DNA of 64,000 nucleotides from the human T2T-CHM13v2.0 reference genome, Homo sapiens. This document shows positions 15,515 through 29,499 of this stretch, piece by piece. The notes beneath the pieces are model-generated. The model searched no databases and was not told where the DNA came from. It saw nothing but the letters and a program-made list of their open reading frames with translations. Made by a program: the position numbers and the translations under genes. Where the stretch lies: NCBI RefSeq assembly GCF_009914755.1, contig NC_060931.1, one strand, 5' to 3'. Every line of letters begins with the position of its first letter. The first letter of the stretch is position 1.

Positions 15515-16287
15515 AAAATAATTTCTAGGTTTCAATTATTTATAGCTTTAATAACTTTACTTTGATAGTGCCAATATGGAAAGACATGGAGCAAGCTATA
15601 TTCTTCAGATGTGTAAACCAAGAGAAGCTCCCCAACATGCTAAAAATGGTAGCAAATTTGAAACAGTAGTTTTTAAGTAAGTCACACTTGCTTGACAGAT
15701 GGCTTAGGCATTGGCCATGTTTAAGTTTAAACAATCCAATTTCAACCTGGCGGAATTGAAAATATAATAATAGAGCTGGCTGAGAAAATACAACATCCTC
15801 ATTACATCATGAAAAACAACCCCTTTAGTTATAAAATAGATCCTTACTATTTCCTTTGAAAAAGGACAAAAAGAAGTAGAGCAGAGAACAACTAATTGGA
15901 TTTTTGCACATGCCTTTGTTTATAACGTGAACAGTCGTTAAGCGGTTTCACAATTTTGCTCATGCAGAGTATTAAACGTGTTTCTTAAGTAAACTGGGGC
16001 AGCTGGGAAGGGAACTGCTACGTATATTTATACTCAAAGCTGGAAAACACATGATGTTCAAAATATAATGAAGTGTAATTTTTCTGCCTAGCTTTGAAAA
16101 GTTTTGGGACTAATACATGAAAAATTATGTTGATTCTTTTTCTGCCTATGAATGTAGAGTAATAGTATTGCACTTGACCAATCTATATGATTTTAAAGAG
16201 GGAATTGATGATTTTATGTAATAGAGCATCCTATATACTGTGCTTACAAGAGTCTCTTAGTGATTACAGATGTTTAGCATACTAGTG

Positions 16288-17760
16288 CAGTGGTCCTCAA
16301 ACATTAGCATGCATCAGAATGATCTGTAAGGCAATGTATTGAAACACAGTTTTTATTGAAATATGCTGCTAGAGCCAGTAGATAATCACATACAAAATAA
16401 TGCAGTTGTACCCTAACCTCAAATCATACACAAAAATTAACTCAAAATGAATTAGAGATTTAAGTATATGGGCCGAAACTAAAAAAAGTATTACATTTAG
16501 AATAAACTAGTGACTGTGGTTTAGACAATAGCTTCACAGATATGACACCAAAAGCATAAGCAGCAAAAGGCAGAATAGTTAAATTAAACAACAACAACAA
16601 AATTTAAACATTTGTATTTCAAAGGACACTATAAATAAAGTGAAAAGACAGCCAACAGAATGAGACAAGTTTTTGCAAATAATATATCTAAGGGACTTGT
16701 GCTAGAATAAATAACAATTATAATTCAATAATAAAAAGACATGTAACTCAATTACAAATAGGAAAATGACTTGAATACACATTTATCCAAAGAAGATACA
16801 CAAATGGCCAGTAATCATATGAATATTTGACATTATTACACATCAGGGAAATGCTCTTCAAAACCATAATGAGAAATCGTTTTAAACCCACAAGGATGTT
16901 GAGAATCAAAAAGTCAGATAACAACAAGAATTGGCAGAAATATGGAGAAATCAGAACTCTCATACACTGACGGTGGAAAGTTTCTGTGGAAACTACAATG
17001 GTGCAGTTTCTATGGAAAACGGTTTCGCATTTCCTCAAAAGGTGAAACACAGAATTACCATATGATTCAGCAATTTCATGTTTAGATATATACCCAGGAG
17101 AAATGAAAATATATGTCCACACACAACTTGTACATAAATGCACATAGCAGCATTGCTCATAACAGCCAAAAAGTTGAAACAACCTAATCATCCCTCAATT
17201 GATGAACGGCTAAATAAAATGTGGTATATCCATATGATGGAATATTATTTGACAATTAAAAGAACTGAAGTACTTATTCATGCTGAAACATAGATGATCC
17301 TTGAAAATATTATGCTTAATGAAAAAAGTCAGTCACAAAAGACCACATATTGTATGGTTCCATTTATATTAACTGTCTAGAATAGGCAAATCTGTAGAGT
17401 CAGAAAGTAGATTTGTGTTTGCTTAGGTATGGATGGATCAAGAAATGAAGGTGTGATGGCTTAAGGCATGCAGAGTTGTTTTCAAGTAATAAAAATGTTC
17501 TAAAATTAACTGTAGTGGTGGTTGTACAATTTTGTGAATATACTAAAAGTCATTGAATTTTACACTTCAAGTGGAAAAATTGTATGGCATATTAAGTACA
17601 TCTCAAGAAAGCTGTTAAAAAATACGCTGAGTGCTTGAGTTCACCTCTGTTACCTCTGCATTGGTATATGTGAGAGGGAAATTGAGACTTCACATGTCTG
17701 GCAAATTCCCAGGTTGTTACCACAGATGCTGATCCAGAAACCATACTTTGAGAACAACTG
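16288..17760 (-). mobile_element. MER5A split by an L1MB insertion (halves about 16288-16349 and 17622-17760)
   Basis: CAGTGGTCCTCAAACATTAGCATGCATCAGAAT start; ends CCATACTTTGAGAACAACTG. Confidence 0.7.
16350..17621 (+). mobile_element. L1MB-type LINE fragment (end of ORF2 plus 3' UTR)
   Basis: CATACACAAAAATTAACTCAAAATG, TATCCAAAGAAGATACACAAATGGCC, CAGAATTACCATATGATTCAGCAATT; ends CTCAAGAAAGCTGTTAAAAAA. Confidence 0.88.
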
Positions 17761-17924
17761 CAGTGGTGCTTTACAGCCTTGCCTGCTTATTAGAATCACT
17801 GAGAAGCCTGGAAAAAATCTGGATTCCTAGGACTACGACAGTCTCTCTGGCGTGAGGCCCCTCGTAACTTTCTAAAGCTCTCCAGGTGATTCAAACTAAT
17901 GTTCAATAAAGTTTGGAACCTCTG
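17761..17924. mobile_element. MER5B-like hAT-Charlie relic
   Basis: CAGTGGTGCTT...TTAGAATCACTGAGAAGC...AAGCTCTCCAGGTGATTC...TTTGGAACCTCTG. Confidence 0.6.
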
Positions 17925-18191
17925 ACAAATAGGTTAACACTAATAGTTGTGGGAGGGGACAAGAGCCCTACTACAAGTAGGTGCTTTATACCTCTCAATA
18001 TTCTAAGTAAGAGAATTAGCTTTAAGTGGAAGTTAAGAAAATAATTATCAATTCCAATACCATATTGACAAAAAAGTTGATCTTCCAATTCTCACAGCGA
18101 GCATCAAAATATCTCAAATCCATGAGAAGCAAGATTTCTCTGAAAAAAAAAAGAGAAAAATATCAAATTCAAATGAAATCCAACACATTCT

Positions 18192-18549
<358 letters not shown>

Positions 18550-18705
18550 TAAATATCTAAGATCCTACAGAGACTTTTTCTCCCTATGTAAGTGCTCCTG
18601 CACCAGAACATTGTGTAATTCTGCTGATTTTTCCCCTCTTCTCATCATAAAAACAAATATACACCTCCTTCATTCACTAACAATGACAACAAGAAACAAA
18701 GCTGT

Positions 18706-18752
18706 TATTAAAAGTAATGGGAAAAATCACAATTACTTTTGAACCAATCTAA
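18706..18752. mobile_element. MADE1 (Hsmar1 MITE) half element
   Basis: AAAAGTAATGGGAAAAATCACAATTACTTTTGAACCAATCTAA followed by TA matches one mariner TIR arm. Confidence 0.75.
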
Positions 18753-19317
18753 TACTATCATGGCCATTATCATAATTTCCCAGATGTTCAACCCAGGTAA
18801 GTAGCACAAACAAAGGTTAGTCACGGTGTACAGGCAGGGACTCACTTGGTCTGGAAGTGGTAAGCTGGAAAGCCAGCTCAGGCAGCAACAAAATTCAAGA
18901 ACATGGGCATGAGGTAGGGTTTGGCACTCAAAGCTAGCATAAAGGAACAGTCATGAAATGACATTTTGACATGCAGACTTTGAGCAAAACTAGGGCATAA
19001 ACACTGATCCATGGGAGATTCTGCCAGCCCTCTGCTCTGGTTTAAGAAGCATTTCTCTTGTGGGTTACCAGGAATAAGCAAGACTCAGCTCTGTAGTTGC
19101 AGATGAGTGCAGTAGGAGGTCAAGTGCTCTGGAGAGTCCCCTGGTTTCCCAAAGCCCCTCTTAGCCCCACCTGAACCTGAAGTTTGAGTAAAAATGAGCT
19201 GGATGACGAGTGAAGATTAGAAAGGAGGGCCAGGGTGAGAGTGTATATAGTGTGGTTTGGCAATAAAGGAAGAGGTATAGGCAGACATGAGTCAAGAGAA
19301 AACATAGTAGTTTATAG

Positions 19318-19424
19318 CGGGGTGTCCAATCTTTTGGCTTCCCTGGGCCACATTGGAAGAAGAATTGCCTTAGGCCACACATAAAATACACTAACACTAA
19401 TGATAGCTGATCAACTAAAGAAAA

Positions 19425-19482
<58 letters not shown>

Positions 19483-19557
19483 CTCATAGTGTTTTAAGAA
19501 AGTTTAAGAATTTGTGTTAGGTTGTGTGGCCCGTGGGCAGCGGTTTGGACAAGCTTG
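19318..19557 (+). mobile_element. MER30 hAT-Charlie MITE
   Basis: CGGGGTGTCCAATCTTTTGGCTTCCCTGGGCCACATTGGAAGAAG...TTGGACAAGCTTG; degenerate 8-bp TSD GTTTATAG/TTTTATGG. Confidence 0.92.
19421..19481. repeat. Poly(A)-(TA)n microsatellite inside MER30
   Basis: About A22 followed by about 19 TA units. Confidence 0.95.
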
Positions 19558-19882
19558 TTTTATGGGGACAAACAGAAGTCCAGTTTTCCTGAAGTTTAGA
19601 ATTCAGAGGGGCAATGGTCAGATACCCACACATGAGCCTCCATTAGATAATGGAACACAGAATTATCCTCAAGCAGTTTTCTCCCAGTCATTACATTTTA
19701 TCCTAAGTGATCTATCCTTATGACCAGTTTATAGCACTTACTGTTTATATGCCATGATTTAATTGCCAATTATACAGTGCTTTTTTCTGATTATTTCATA
19801 TATTCTCCTTATCTCTTTAATTAGTTTATAATCTAGCCAAGGATGGGAAAATTTTTCATATTTTTGCACAGAACTAATCTCA

Positions 19883-20266
<384 letters not shown>

Positions 20267-21124
20267 CTAGTACTTTGCACTGTGACCTCCCTATCGCTCC
20301 TCTGGCTATATTTATTAAATAAGAGATGAGCACTTAAGCAGCTTAAGTAGGTGCTTTGTCTGAGGAATTGGAACAAAGACCAAGAGACAGCCAAAATTAC
20401 GAATATATGTCAGGAATTGTAGCATGTAAAGTTGGGAGTATGGTATAGGCATACCTAGTAGGAAAAGGGAGAAATGGCTAAAGCCCATCTACAGAGAAAG
20501 AGAAGAGAAGGTGATGAACTTCTAGTTTAATTAGTTTTGTTTATAGATGTCCCATAAGATTGAGTTAAATTATTGCCTCGGGTCCTTGAACTGCTTCTTT
20601 AGCCTTGAAATAGACCCTGCCTCCTCACGCTCTCATACCCCATCTTAAAATTTGTTATTAAAAGCTAAGTTGATTTGGAACTCTTAGGCACTTTTGCCAT
20701 AGGAAATGAGAAAATGGGACTGGATTACCTGGATGCTGTTTGAGATCCCAGGAAGCCATAGCCCATAATCAGTTAATAGATGGCCAAAGGTGTGGATCTG
20801 AGTCACTCACTTCTCAGACAACTCTATGAATATTTTGTCTCCATTCTACAATGAGGCTCATGAAATTTTCTCATAGTGAATACATTCAAATTCCCTTTTA
20901 TGGCATCAATTGTAAGTGGAACATGGTGGGACTAATTGTTAAATCAACTCCTTTGGTGAAGTAAGAGCTGAGTCAGATCTTGGTCATGATTTGCGAACTT
21001 CACATCCTTTGTCTTCCCTCCAACAATTAAAATTTTTCCATCCATATTTTTTCAAAATTGAAAGTTAATATATTATCTGGAACTTTGTTATTGTATGTGA
21101 TTTTGAAATTTTAATCTTATATTC

Positions 21125-21230
21125 ATTCATTAACTCTCCCAATTTGCCAGGAACTGAGGGGATTCCTGAATGCAGGCCTTCTCAGGGACCTAGGAAGGTC
21201 CCTAAGGATTCAGGACAGCTGGTAACCCCA
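21125..21230 (-). mobile_element. MER81-like hAT-Blackjack MITE
   Basis: CTCCCAATTTGCCAGGAACTGAGGGGATTCCTG...CAGGACAGCTGGTAACCC. Confidence 0.6.
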
Positions 21231-21375
21231 GGACTGGAGTAGCTGTCATCTGGTCCAGCCTTTCCATTTTATAGATAAAGTAACTCACTGGTTCTAGTGC
21301 TTAAGCATCTATAGCAGAAAAGCCTGGACTGATCTCAAGGCTCTCAATCTCTGGCTGACTGCTCCACGAATTCAT
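21231..21375 (-). mobile_element. MIR-family fragment
   Basis: GTCATCTGGTCCAGCCTTTCCATTTTATAGATAAAGTAACT resembles the reverse-complement MIR core. Confidence 0.5.
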
Positions 21376-21719
21376 TACATTGTACTTCTTGAGGCTAGAT
21401 ATGGACACCTTTGCACCCACTCATCACAGCTCCTCCCTCTACCAAATGCTTCCGTGATTATGCTCATTACATTGTTGTGGAATGGATGAAAGAAGAATCT
21501 TTAAGTAAATGGATTAAATGCTGTACTGTTAGTATGTATAAGCAGAATTTTCATTATAAAACACCAAATCTGCATGTAAATGGTATATGTCCATTTGAAG
21601 GTTAAAAACTAACAGATGTAACTAGTATCAGATCCATCTAGGTTTCTTGGGCCTGGACATTGTGTAGAAGAAATTTGAGGGAAATTCAGGGATTATATCA
21701 CAAATTTAAATCTAGATTA

Positions 21720-22270
21720 TTAGAAAAGTACAGTTTAGAGTTGTAAGAGTCCCAATAAAGGTGAAGTATGTAATACCCCTTTCAAATGGTTATCCAGTTT
21801 GTTCTTCAGTATTCATTGGAAAGCTTACCTCACCAACTTCCAGTGTAAAAATTCTATTTTGGGGTAATACATTGGGACATTTATTTTTTTCAACTGAATT
21901 TGTTTCTCTCCCTAAAGTTTCCATCCACTGACCCTTGAAGCAAAAGGTAATACATCTTATTTCTTCTCAGTACAAGACTTTAAATAGCTAAAACCACTAA
22001 TTTTCATATTATTCTCAATGTTTAACTTCATTAATCTTTAATCCTAATTCAAGGAATATTATTTTATTTTTCTTTCCAACTCTTACTTTCATTTTTGAAA
22101 CATATTCTAATGTGTACACAATACTTTTGAAATGTGCTCCTCATACCTCATGTCAGATTTACTCTGATCTTTCCTGATACAGTATTTTTTTTTTGTGAAA
22201 TCTAAAACTAGATAGCTTTGTTTTGTAATCACACATATTGTTGATCTGTTGAGCTTACTATGAGGTGAAA
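21720..22270 (-). mobile_element. L3/CR1 LINE fragment
   Basis: CAAATGGTTATCCAGTTTGTTCTTC...CTCACCAACTTCC...TTCCATCCACTGACCC...CTTTAAATAGCTAAAACC resembles the reverse-complement CR1 3' region. Confidence 0.5.
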
Positions 22271-22557
22271 ACGTTAACAGTTTATTGGAAGGACAAGAAT
22301 ATTTATATAGACATGTTTCCTGCCTTTCTTTTCCTCCAGTTCTCCAAAGAAGATGATCTTTTCTTCTTATTCTTTTCTAAGGAACATCTTGCTTTGTTAG
22401 ACAGGCTCTTCTTGTTTTGTGATGGTGAATCAGAGAGCAGGCAGCGAGTGCCAGGGCCAGGTGGGCAGTAAGAGGAGGTTACAAAACTTGGGGACAGAAG
22501 GTGGCATTTTACAGAATATAGAGGATGAGAAGAATAAGTAGGTATTAATAGTCTTAG

Positions 22558-22627
22558 CAGTGGGAGTAGAGAAGTGTGTTTCAGGGAGTCAACAGTGGGA
22601 GTAGAGGAGTATGCTTTAGGGAGTGAA
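22558..22627. repeat. 35-bp tandem duplication (2 copies)
   Basis: CAGTGGGAGTAGAGAAGTGTGTTTCAGGGAGTCAA / CAGTGGGAGTAGAGGAGTATGCTTTAGGGAGTGAA. Confidence 0.9.
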
Positions 22628-22834
22628 GGTTTGGTACTGAAGCAATTGTGTGAGTGAGAACAAGTGAGTGGGGGAGGAAAAAATAAGTGGATCCTAAGAA
22701 GTATTGCTGGGGAGAATTGTTTATGACATTTAAGAAATACTACTAAAGGACTTTGGTTATATTGAAATTAATGGGGACTCTATTCTTGTGATTTGGATGT
22801 TACTCTAGTACTGACTCAGAAGGGTGAAGGCTTA

Positions 22835-23173
<339 letters not shown>

Positions 23174-23540
23174 TTATGTAATTAAACAATCCATGCTTTA
23201 CAAAGTATAAATATACATGCTTTACAAAGCTATAAATACATATATTTGTGTCTTACCCAGAGAGGTTAGGTTACTTGCCCAAGCTTACACTGCCTCACTG
23301 TACTTTCAGAGCAACTCAGTGCGTGAGAATATGAGACCCTGATAGTGGAGGAACTATGCCCTGTGAATGATACTGGAGGGGTAAGTCTAGGCCCATTTCT
23401 GCTCACGGGAGCTGGCCTAGGAGGAAGCTGGGAGACCTCTGATGGGGCTTTCTTCTCTTACATCTTGGCTAGCCTTCTAATATGGGCTTTGCGTTAAGAC
23501 AAACACGTTCACACATGCACATTCTCTATCCTGAAAGATT

Positions 23541-23892
<352 letters not shown>

Positions 23893-24103
23893 TAGGATTT
23901 TGAGACTCTTAGTAAACATATGTTTTAAAAGATATGTAATGGAATAGAAAATATCCTGTCAAATATGATTATTTTAAGAAATTATTAATGTTTGGAATCT
24001 TTTATCTGTGAAGACCATCCTCTTTTCCTTGCTTCCTTTCACATTTCAAAGCCTCTTGAAGATGATGAGAATTCAAAGCTATGGTTTATACATAGAATAA
24101 GCA

Positions 24104-24180
24104 TGAAATATATGTGAACAAGGTATAAAGATGTGAAATAGGTATAATCATATGTGAAATAGGTATAAAGATGATAAATA
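24104..24180. repeat. Short minisatellite, unit about 19-21 bp (ATGTGAAATAGGTATAAAG), about 3.5 copies
   Basis: ATGTGAACAAGGTATAAAG / ATGTGAAATAGGTATAATCAT / ATGTGAAATAGGTATAAAG. Confidence 0.85.
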
Positions 24181-25149
24181 CTACATGACATGTAAATTAG
24201 TAAAATGATGAGTACAGTGGTTTTCCTCAAGTGCTTGAAGGCATTTCTCTGAAAGGAAGGGGGAAAATTGGCAAGCTGATTTCATCTTGAAAAAGCTTTC
24301 TAAGAAGTTTAACTCGCAGAGATGCAAAGAGATTACAGAAGCACATGAACTATGCCTGACCTCACCTTCCATTACTGCCTAAGTTACTGACTGTTGGTTG
24401 ACCAGTGGGTCACTATGGGAGAAGAAAAGCACTGATGAAAGGGTCAGAGGTCATTCTCCTGTTATTTTGCTTGCATGTTAAATTAATATCTAAACTGACT
24501 TTGCACAGGAACACAGCAAGGTCCGCTGAACTCTATAAGTTCTTAATTTAGAACCCATATTTTGCAAAAGTCTTGTGGATTAATTTTTTTTGCTGTTCCC
24601 TATATTTGTTACATTGGTTGTTTGTAAAGAAAAATTATTTTATCTAGTAAAGTTATTTTTAAATGAGTATTAGAAGACCCGAAAAAAGTGAGGTGTGGAT
24701 GTGTGTGGCAAGTTCACTTTTTAAATGAAGAAAACAGAGAAAACAAAAATACTGTAGGAGGGGCTATATTTATGGTTGGTATTTGTTGTTGTTGTTTATT
24801 TTTCAGAAGCAGAAGCTCCTTCTCAGATTGGGAGAGATGGAAGGATTTTCCTTTTCTGGTTTTGAGGTTGAATAAATAACAATGCAAATAAATAATACTG
24901 AAAATAACTAGGGATTTTGAGGGAATGAGGCAATTAAGGCTTCAGTAGTAGAGTTTCAAAAGGACTCAAGAAATAGATAATTACAAAGTTTTGCTGACAA
25001 AGGAACATCAAATTGAGAGTATTTGTCTGGCAGTCATTCATTCACTCGTTCACTCACCTATTCAGCTCCTTTTAAAAGCCAGTCCTGGTCAAACCTTCCT
25101 TGTTCTACACAGGAGGAAATCAAGTTACCAGGAAGTCAACTACAAGCAT

Positions 25150-25150
25150 G

Positions 25151-25183
<33 letters not shown>
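25150..25183. repeat. (TA)n(CA)n microsatellite
   Basis: Read directly from the sequence. Confidence 0.9.
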
Positions 25184-25199
25184 GTTAATGTTTAGAAAA

Positions 25200-25360
25200 C
25201 TGTGTCCATTTTTGACTCTTGTACAATTTTGAATTCAGTTATGTATTATTATCGCCTCAGATTTAAAGATGAAGAAACCAAAGTTCCCAAGACTAGTGAG
25301 TTGACTGAAATAATGCAGCTGCTAAGAAAAAAAGCTGAGATTAAACTAAGGATTGATGAC
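25200..25360 (-). mobile_element. MIR fragment
   Basis: TATTATTATCGCCTCAGATTTAAAGATGAAGAAACCAAAG...CAGCTGCTAAG. Confidence 0.6.
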
Positions 25361-25379
25361 ACCATTCACTTCTTTATCA

Positions 25380-26170
25380 TTTATTAAATTTTTATTGTGG
25401 GTTTACTACATGTCAAAGCACAGAACATACAAAGATGAGTAAAATGCATTTCCCACCTTCAAGAAGCTAAAAGGAGTTAAGGACCTGTTAATAGAAAATA
25501 TCACTTAGTGTGGTAAATTGTTCCACAGAGCTAGGCAGTGCTTTGGAGGACAAAGAATCGAGAGGCCAGGAAAGGATCCTCAGAAATGGAAGTGACAACT
25601 GCACCAAGAAGTGAAGGCTGAGCAAGAGATAACTAGTTTGCATGTGAGGGGAGGGATGTGGAGTATCTGTGAGTGGCTGTTGGACAGTGTTCAGGAAGAA
25701 GGGCTAGCACACGGAAAGGGCTGGAAGCAAGTGAGAACAAGGCCCAATTTGTGAGGGAGAGAGGGACTTGAGACAATTCAATATGGCTGGAGCATACAGT
25801 TGGAGGTGAGAGGAGTTAAAAGATATGGCTTAAGGTAATTAGAGTCCTTGAATTTTATTGAGACCCTTAACCCATGTTAGAAAGTTTTTACATTATTCTA
25901 TATGAGGATGGTTAAAAATTGAAACATTTTAAACAGGGGGTGATATGATAAGAATATATTACTGAGATCTCTTGTGATGTGGCACTGAAAATTGATCATG
26001 TAACTGGTTATTGCAGAACCTAAGCTAGACCACAACATAGTTGTAGGAATCAGAAAATTGGAGACATATAAAATAAAATTAGATTATCAAAATGGCATGA
26101 CTGTAAGATTGATCTGATATGGAAAGCATAGGAGAATAATCAAAGATAACAGTTTTCTGACTAGGAGAAC
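25380..26170 (-). mobile_element. L2 LINE fragment
   Basis: TTTACTACATGTCAAAGCAC...CAAAGATGAGTAAAATG...TTTTAAACAGGGGGTGATATGAT...CAAAGATAAC. Confidence 0.6.
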
Positions 26171-26189
26171 CAAATATTTTCTGAATTGG

Positions 26190-26550
26190 TCTGTCTCTTC
26201 ATTCCTATGTGCCCTCCTCATCCAAGCTACCTCCACCTATCTCTGGACTCCTGTAGGAATAGCTTCCTGTTTGGTCTCCTTATACCATTTTTCCTTCTGT
26301 TTAATCTTTTCACTTTAGCCAGAGTGAACTTTTAAAAACATCTTATCATACCAGTACCTCTTCATAACTCTTCAATGGGTTCCTTTTGTCCTTAATGTAA
26401 AGACCAAACTCTTTAAGAGGCTTGCAAGGTTAAACACAGTATCTCTCCAGATGAAATACCAATTATCTCCTTCTCTCTCTCTCTCACTTAATATGCTTTA
26501 GCCAGAAAGACCCTCCTTCAATTGCTAAAATATGCCAAAGGTTGTCCAAC
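26190..26550 (+). mobile_element. L2 LINE fragment
   Basis: TCCAAGCTACC...CTCTGGACTCCTG...AGCCAGAGTGAACTTTTAAAA...CTCTTCAATGGGTTCC. Confidence 0.6.
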
Positions 26551-27031
26551 CTTAATCTAGTTCTGGCAGTGCAGTTTGGAAGGAAATTATGTCAATGGCG
26601 CTTGGCCTTTGAGTCTTCAATTCTTTCTAGTCTTCATTGAAATCTCTACCAAACTGACGTTTACTTGCTTCGGGCTCTTGTGTAACACTCTTAAATTTTA
26701 GATTTTTAAACACTGTTGGCTTCCTGGTAAGAAGTGAGATGGCAGGACCCCAGACGATCTCATGCACTTCAGCAGTAGAGAAACTATTAAATTACATTCA
26801 TCTAATTTAAAGACAAAGATCTAGGGTCTTTAACTTGCTCATCATATTTGAGAAGTTTCAAGATTCTTCAAATTATAGGGAAACTTCTTGTCACCATTAG
26901 TATAATCAAGCTATGAAATATGTGAAAAACAAAAATTCAGTTTTGGTTATCCTCAAAATAGTTTCTGAAGTCATAAAAACATATTCCTCTCCAATCAATC
27001 ACCTTTTTATCCCTCTTTTTACACTTACTAA

Positions 27032-27356
<325 letters not shown>

Positions 27357-27477
27357 TCAGAGGTCTAGTTTTTCTATAACAAGAATCAGTATGTACAGCA
27401 TTGGATCCCACTAATCAGAAAAAGAATAAAAGGATAAATACATCAGGGTCCATATTTTGGCATTACGTAAGGAGGTA

Positions 27478-27550
27478 CAGTCATCCCTCTATATACTCGG
27501 GCGATTGGTTCCAGGATCGCTGCATGTACCCAAATTCTCCTGTACTCAAT
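27478..27550 (+). mobile_element. MER2-like (TcMar-Tigger) terminal fragment
   Basis: TA|CAGTCATCCCTCTATATACTCGGGCGATTGGTTCCAGGA. Confidence 0.7.
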
Positions 27551-28833
27551 TTGGCTTCCTTATATAATCCTATTTTGACTAAATGGACATATCTGGTCAA
27601 TTTGTATCCATGGAATAATAGCCTTAATATTTATGTAAACTTTCACTAAATCCGAAAATACTAAATTGACATGTAAAGAACAAGTCAAGCATCCTTTTGT
27701 ACCAGCAAAAAAATGTGGCTTGAGGAAAATAAAAATATTCTAAATTTTATGCTCTGTTTAAGAAGGCAAATAGAAAGTAATATTTTTAGAATAAAAATCC
27801 TTAAAAGTAAGGGAAAAAAATCATAGAAATCATCTTATTTGCCAATATTCCTTGGAAAACTTATTTGAAAATCTGAGGTAGTAGTAAGTGTCCAGAAACA
27901 TTTTATTTTTCATTAAATCTTTTTTTCCTTCATGTACATTAATACTCCATGTACAGTATTAAATAGCATCTCCATGCTCTGATTATATATTTAGTCTGCT
28001 GATTTCAGAACCAAAAATTTTAAAAATATCTTCCCGTGGCATACTCTCCCTGAAAGTTTATTATTTTCTTCTCTCTTCCACTTTCTTCATTTGTATATTT
28101 TTCCTTGGCTTGGCTTCCTGGCAAATTCCTTTTCCTTGCTTTTTGCCTCATCTTGCCTTATTTGAGGTAAAATAATAGTCCTCATGGAGCAAATGGTAAA
28201 ATTGTATGTAGATGTAGGATTTGGACAAAAACCTACAATGAAAAATGACCTACCACATAATAATAGCAAAGGGTTATACAACACATTTATTTTCCATGAG
28301 GAGTGCTTTGTTATTCTATTTTTATCAGTTCAGTAATCTGTGATGATAAATAGGGTAATTATATTAAAATTACCACTCATCGGAAGTACTCTGCTCAACC
28401 TCACCACCTCCCTCCCTCACCCATTGCTTTTTTTGCAAAAGACTTGTGATGGGGTATAGATTACTTAGAAGCACATTATTTAGCTTCAAGGATATAGACA
28501 GAAAATGATCGACAATCCCTACACCTCTCGAGTTTTAAAATGTCACACTTTCACTATATGAAGTGATATTGTTTAGACTCCTGTGTTACATTAATGAGGA
28601 AAGCAAAAGAGAAAATTTGATATGAAACTTTCTGGGTAAACTGCTGTGATGTGATAAGCATGAAGTTTCTACAAGTTCATCCTCCAAGGATCACAGGGTG
28701 AGGGTGGCATGGAGATATGTGAAGATGCTCATATAGGATTTATTCCCTCTGGACATGCTCGTAACTTTGCCTTTGTGGCTATCACCCTTCCCCACACCCT
28801 CTTCCTGGGTTTTGGTTGGTAAATTTGTTCTTT

Positions 28834-29472
28834 TTTTAAGAGTAAATAATATTCAATTTTGAAATATTCTTTTTTAAAAATATTTTATTTTTGGTTTGGG
28901 GTAACATGTGCAGGTTTGTTATATCGTTAAACTTGTGTCACAGGGGTTTGTTGTACAGATTATTTCATCACCCTGGTACTAGGCCTGGTACCCAATAGTT
29001 ACTTTTTCTGCACTTCTCCCTCCTCCCACCATCCACCCTCAAGTAGGCCACAGTGTCTGTTGTTCTCTTGTGTTCATGTATTGTCATCATTTAGCTCCCA
29101 CTTATGAGTGAGAACATGTAGTGTTTGGTTTTTTCTTCCTGCGTTAGTTTGCTAAGGGTAATGGCCTCCAGCTCCATTCATATTTCTGCAAAGGACATAA
29201 TCTTCTTCTTTTTTATGGCTGCATAGTATTCCATGGTTTATATGTACCTCATTTTCTTCATCTAGTCTACCATTGATGGGCATTTAGGTTGATTCCATGT
29301 CTTTGCTGTTGTGAAGAGTGCTGCAATGAACGTACAAGTGCATGTGTCTTTATGATATAACAACTTGTATTCTTTTGGGTAGATACTCAGTAAGGGATTG
29401 CTGGATCAAATGGTCATTCTGTTTTCAGCTATTTGAGGAATTGCCACATTGCCTTCCAGAATGGCTGAACTA
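28834..29472 (-). mobile_element. 5'-truncated L1 (L1PA15/16-like) 3' end
   Basis: ACATGTGCAGGTTTGTT...GTACAGATTATTTCATCACC...TTTAGCTCCCACTTATGAGTGAGAACATG...; TSD GGTAAATT(TG/CT)TTCTTT at 28818-28833 and 29473-29488. Confidence 0.92.
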
Positions 29473-29499
29473 GGTAAATTCTTTCTTTATCTTCAAGAG

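Noticed and set aside
18784-18802. Perfect + strand donor CAG|GTAAGT with an upstream AG, suggesting a 13-nt microexon
   Set aside because: Not frame-preserving, weak pyrimidine tract, and isolated.
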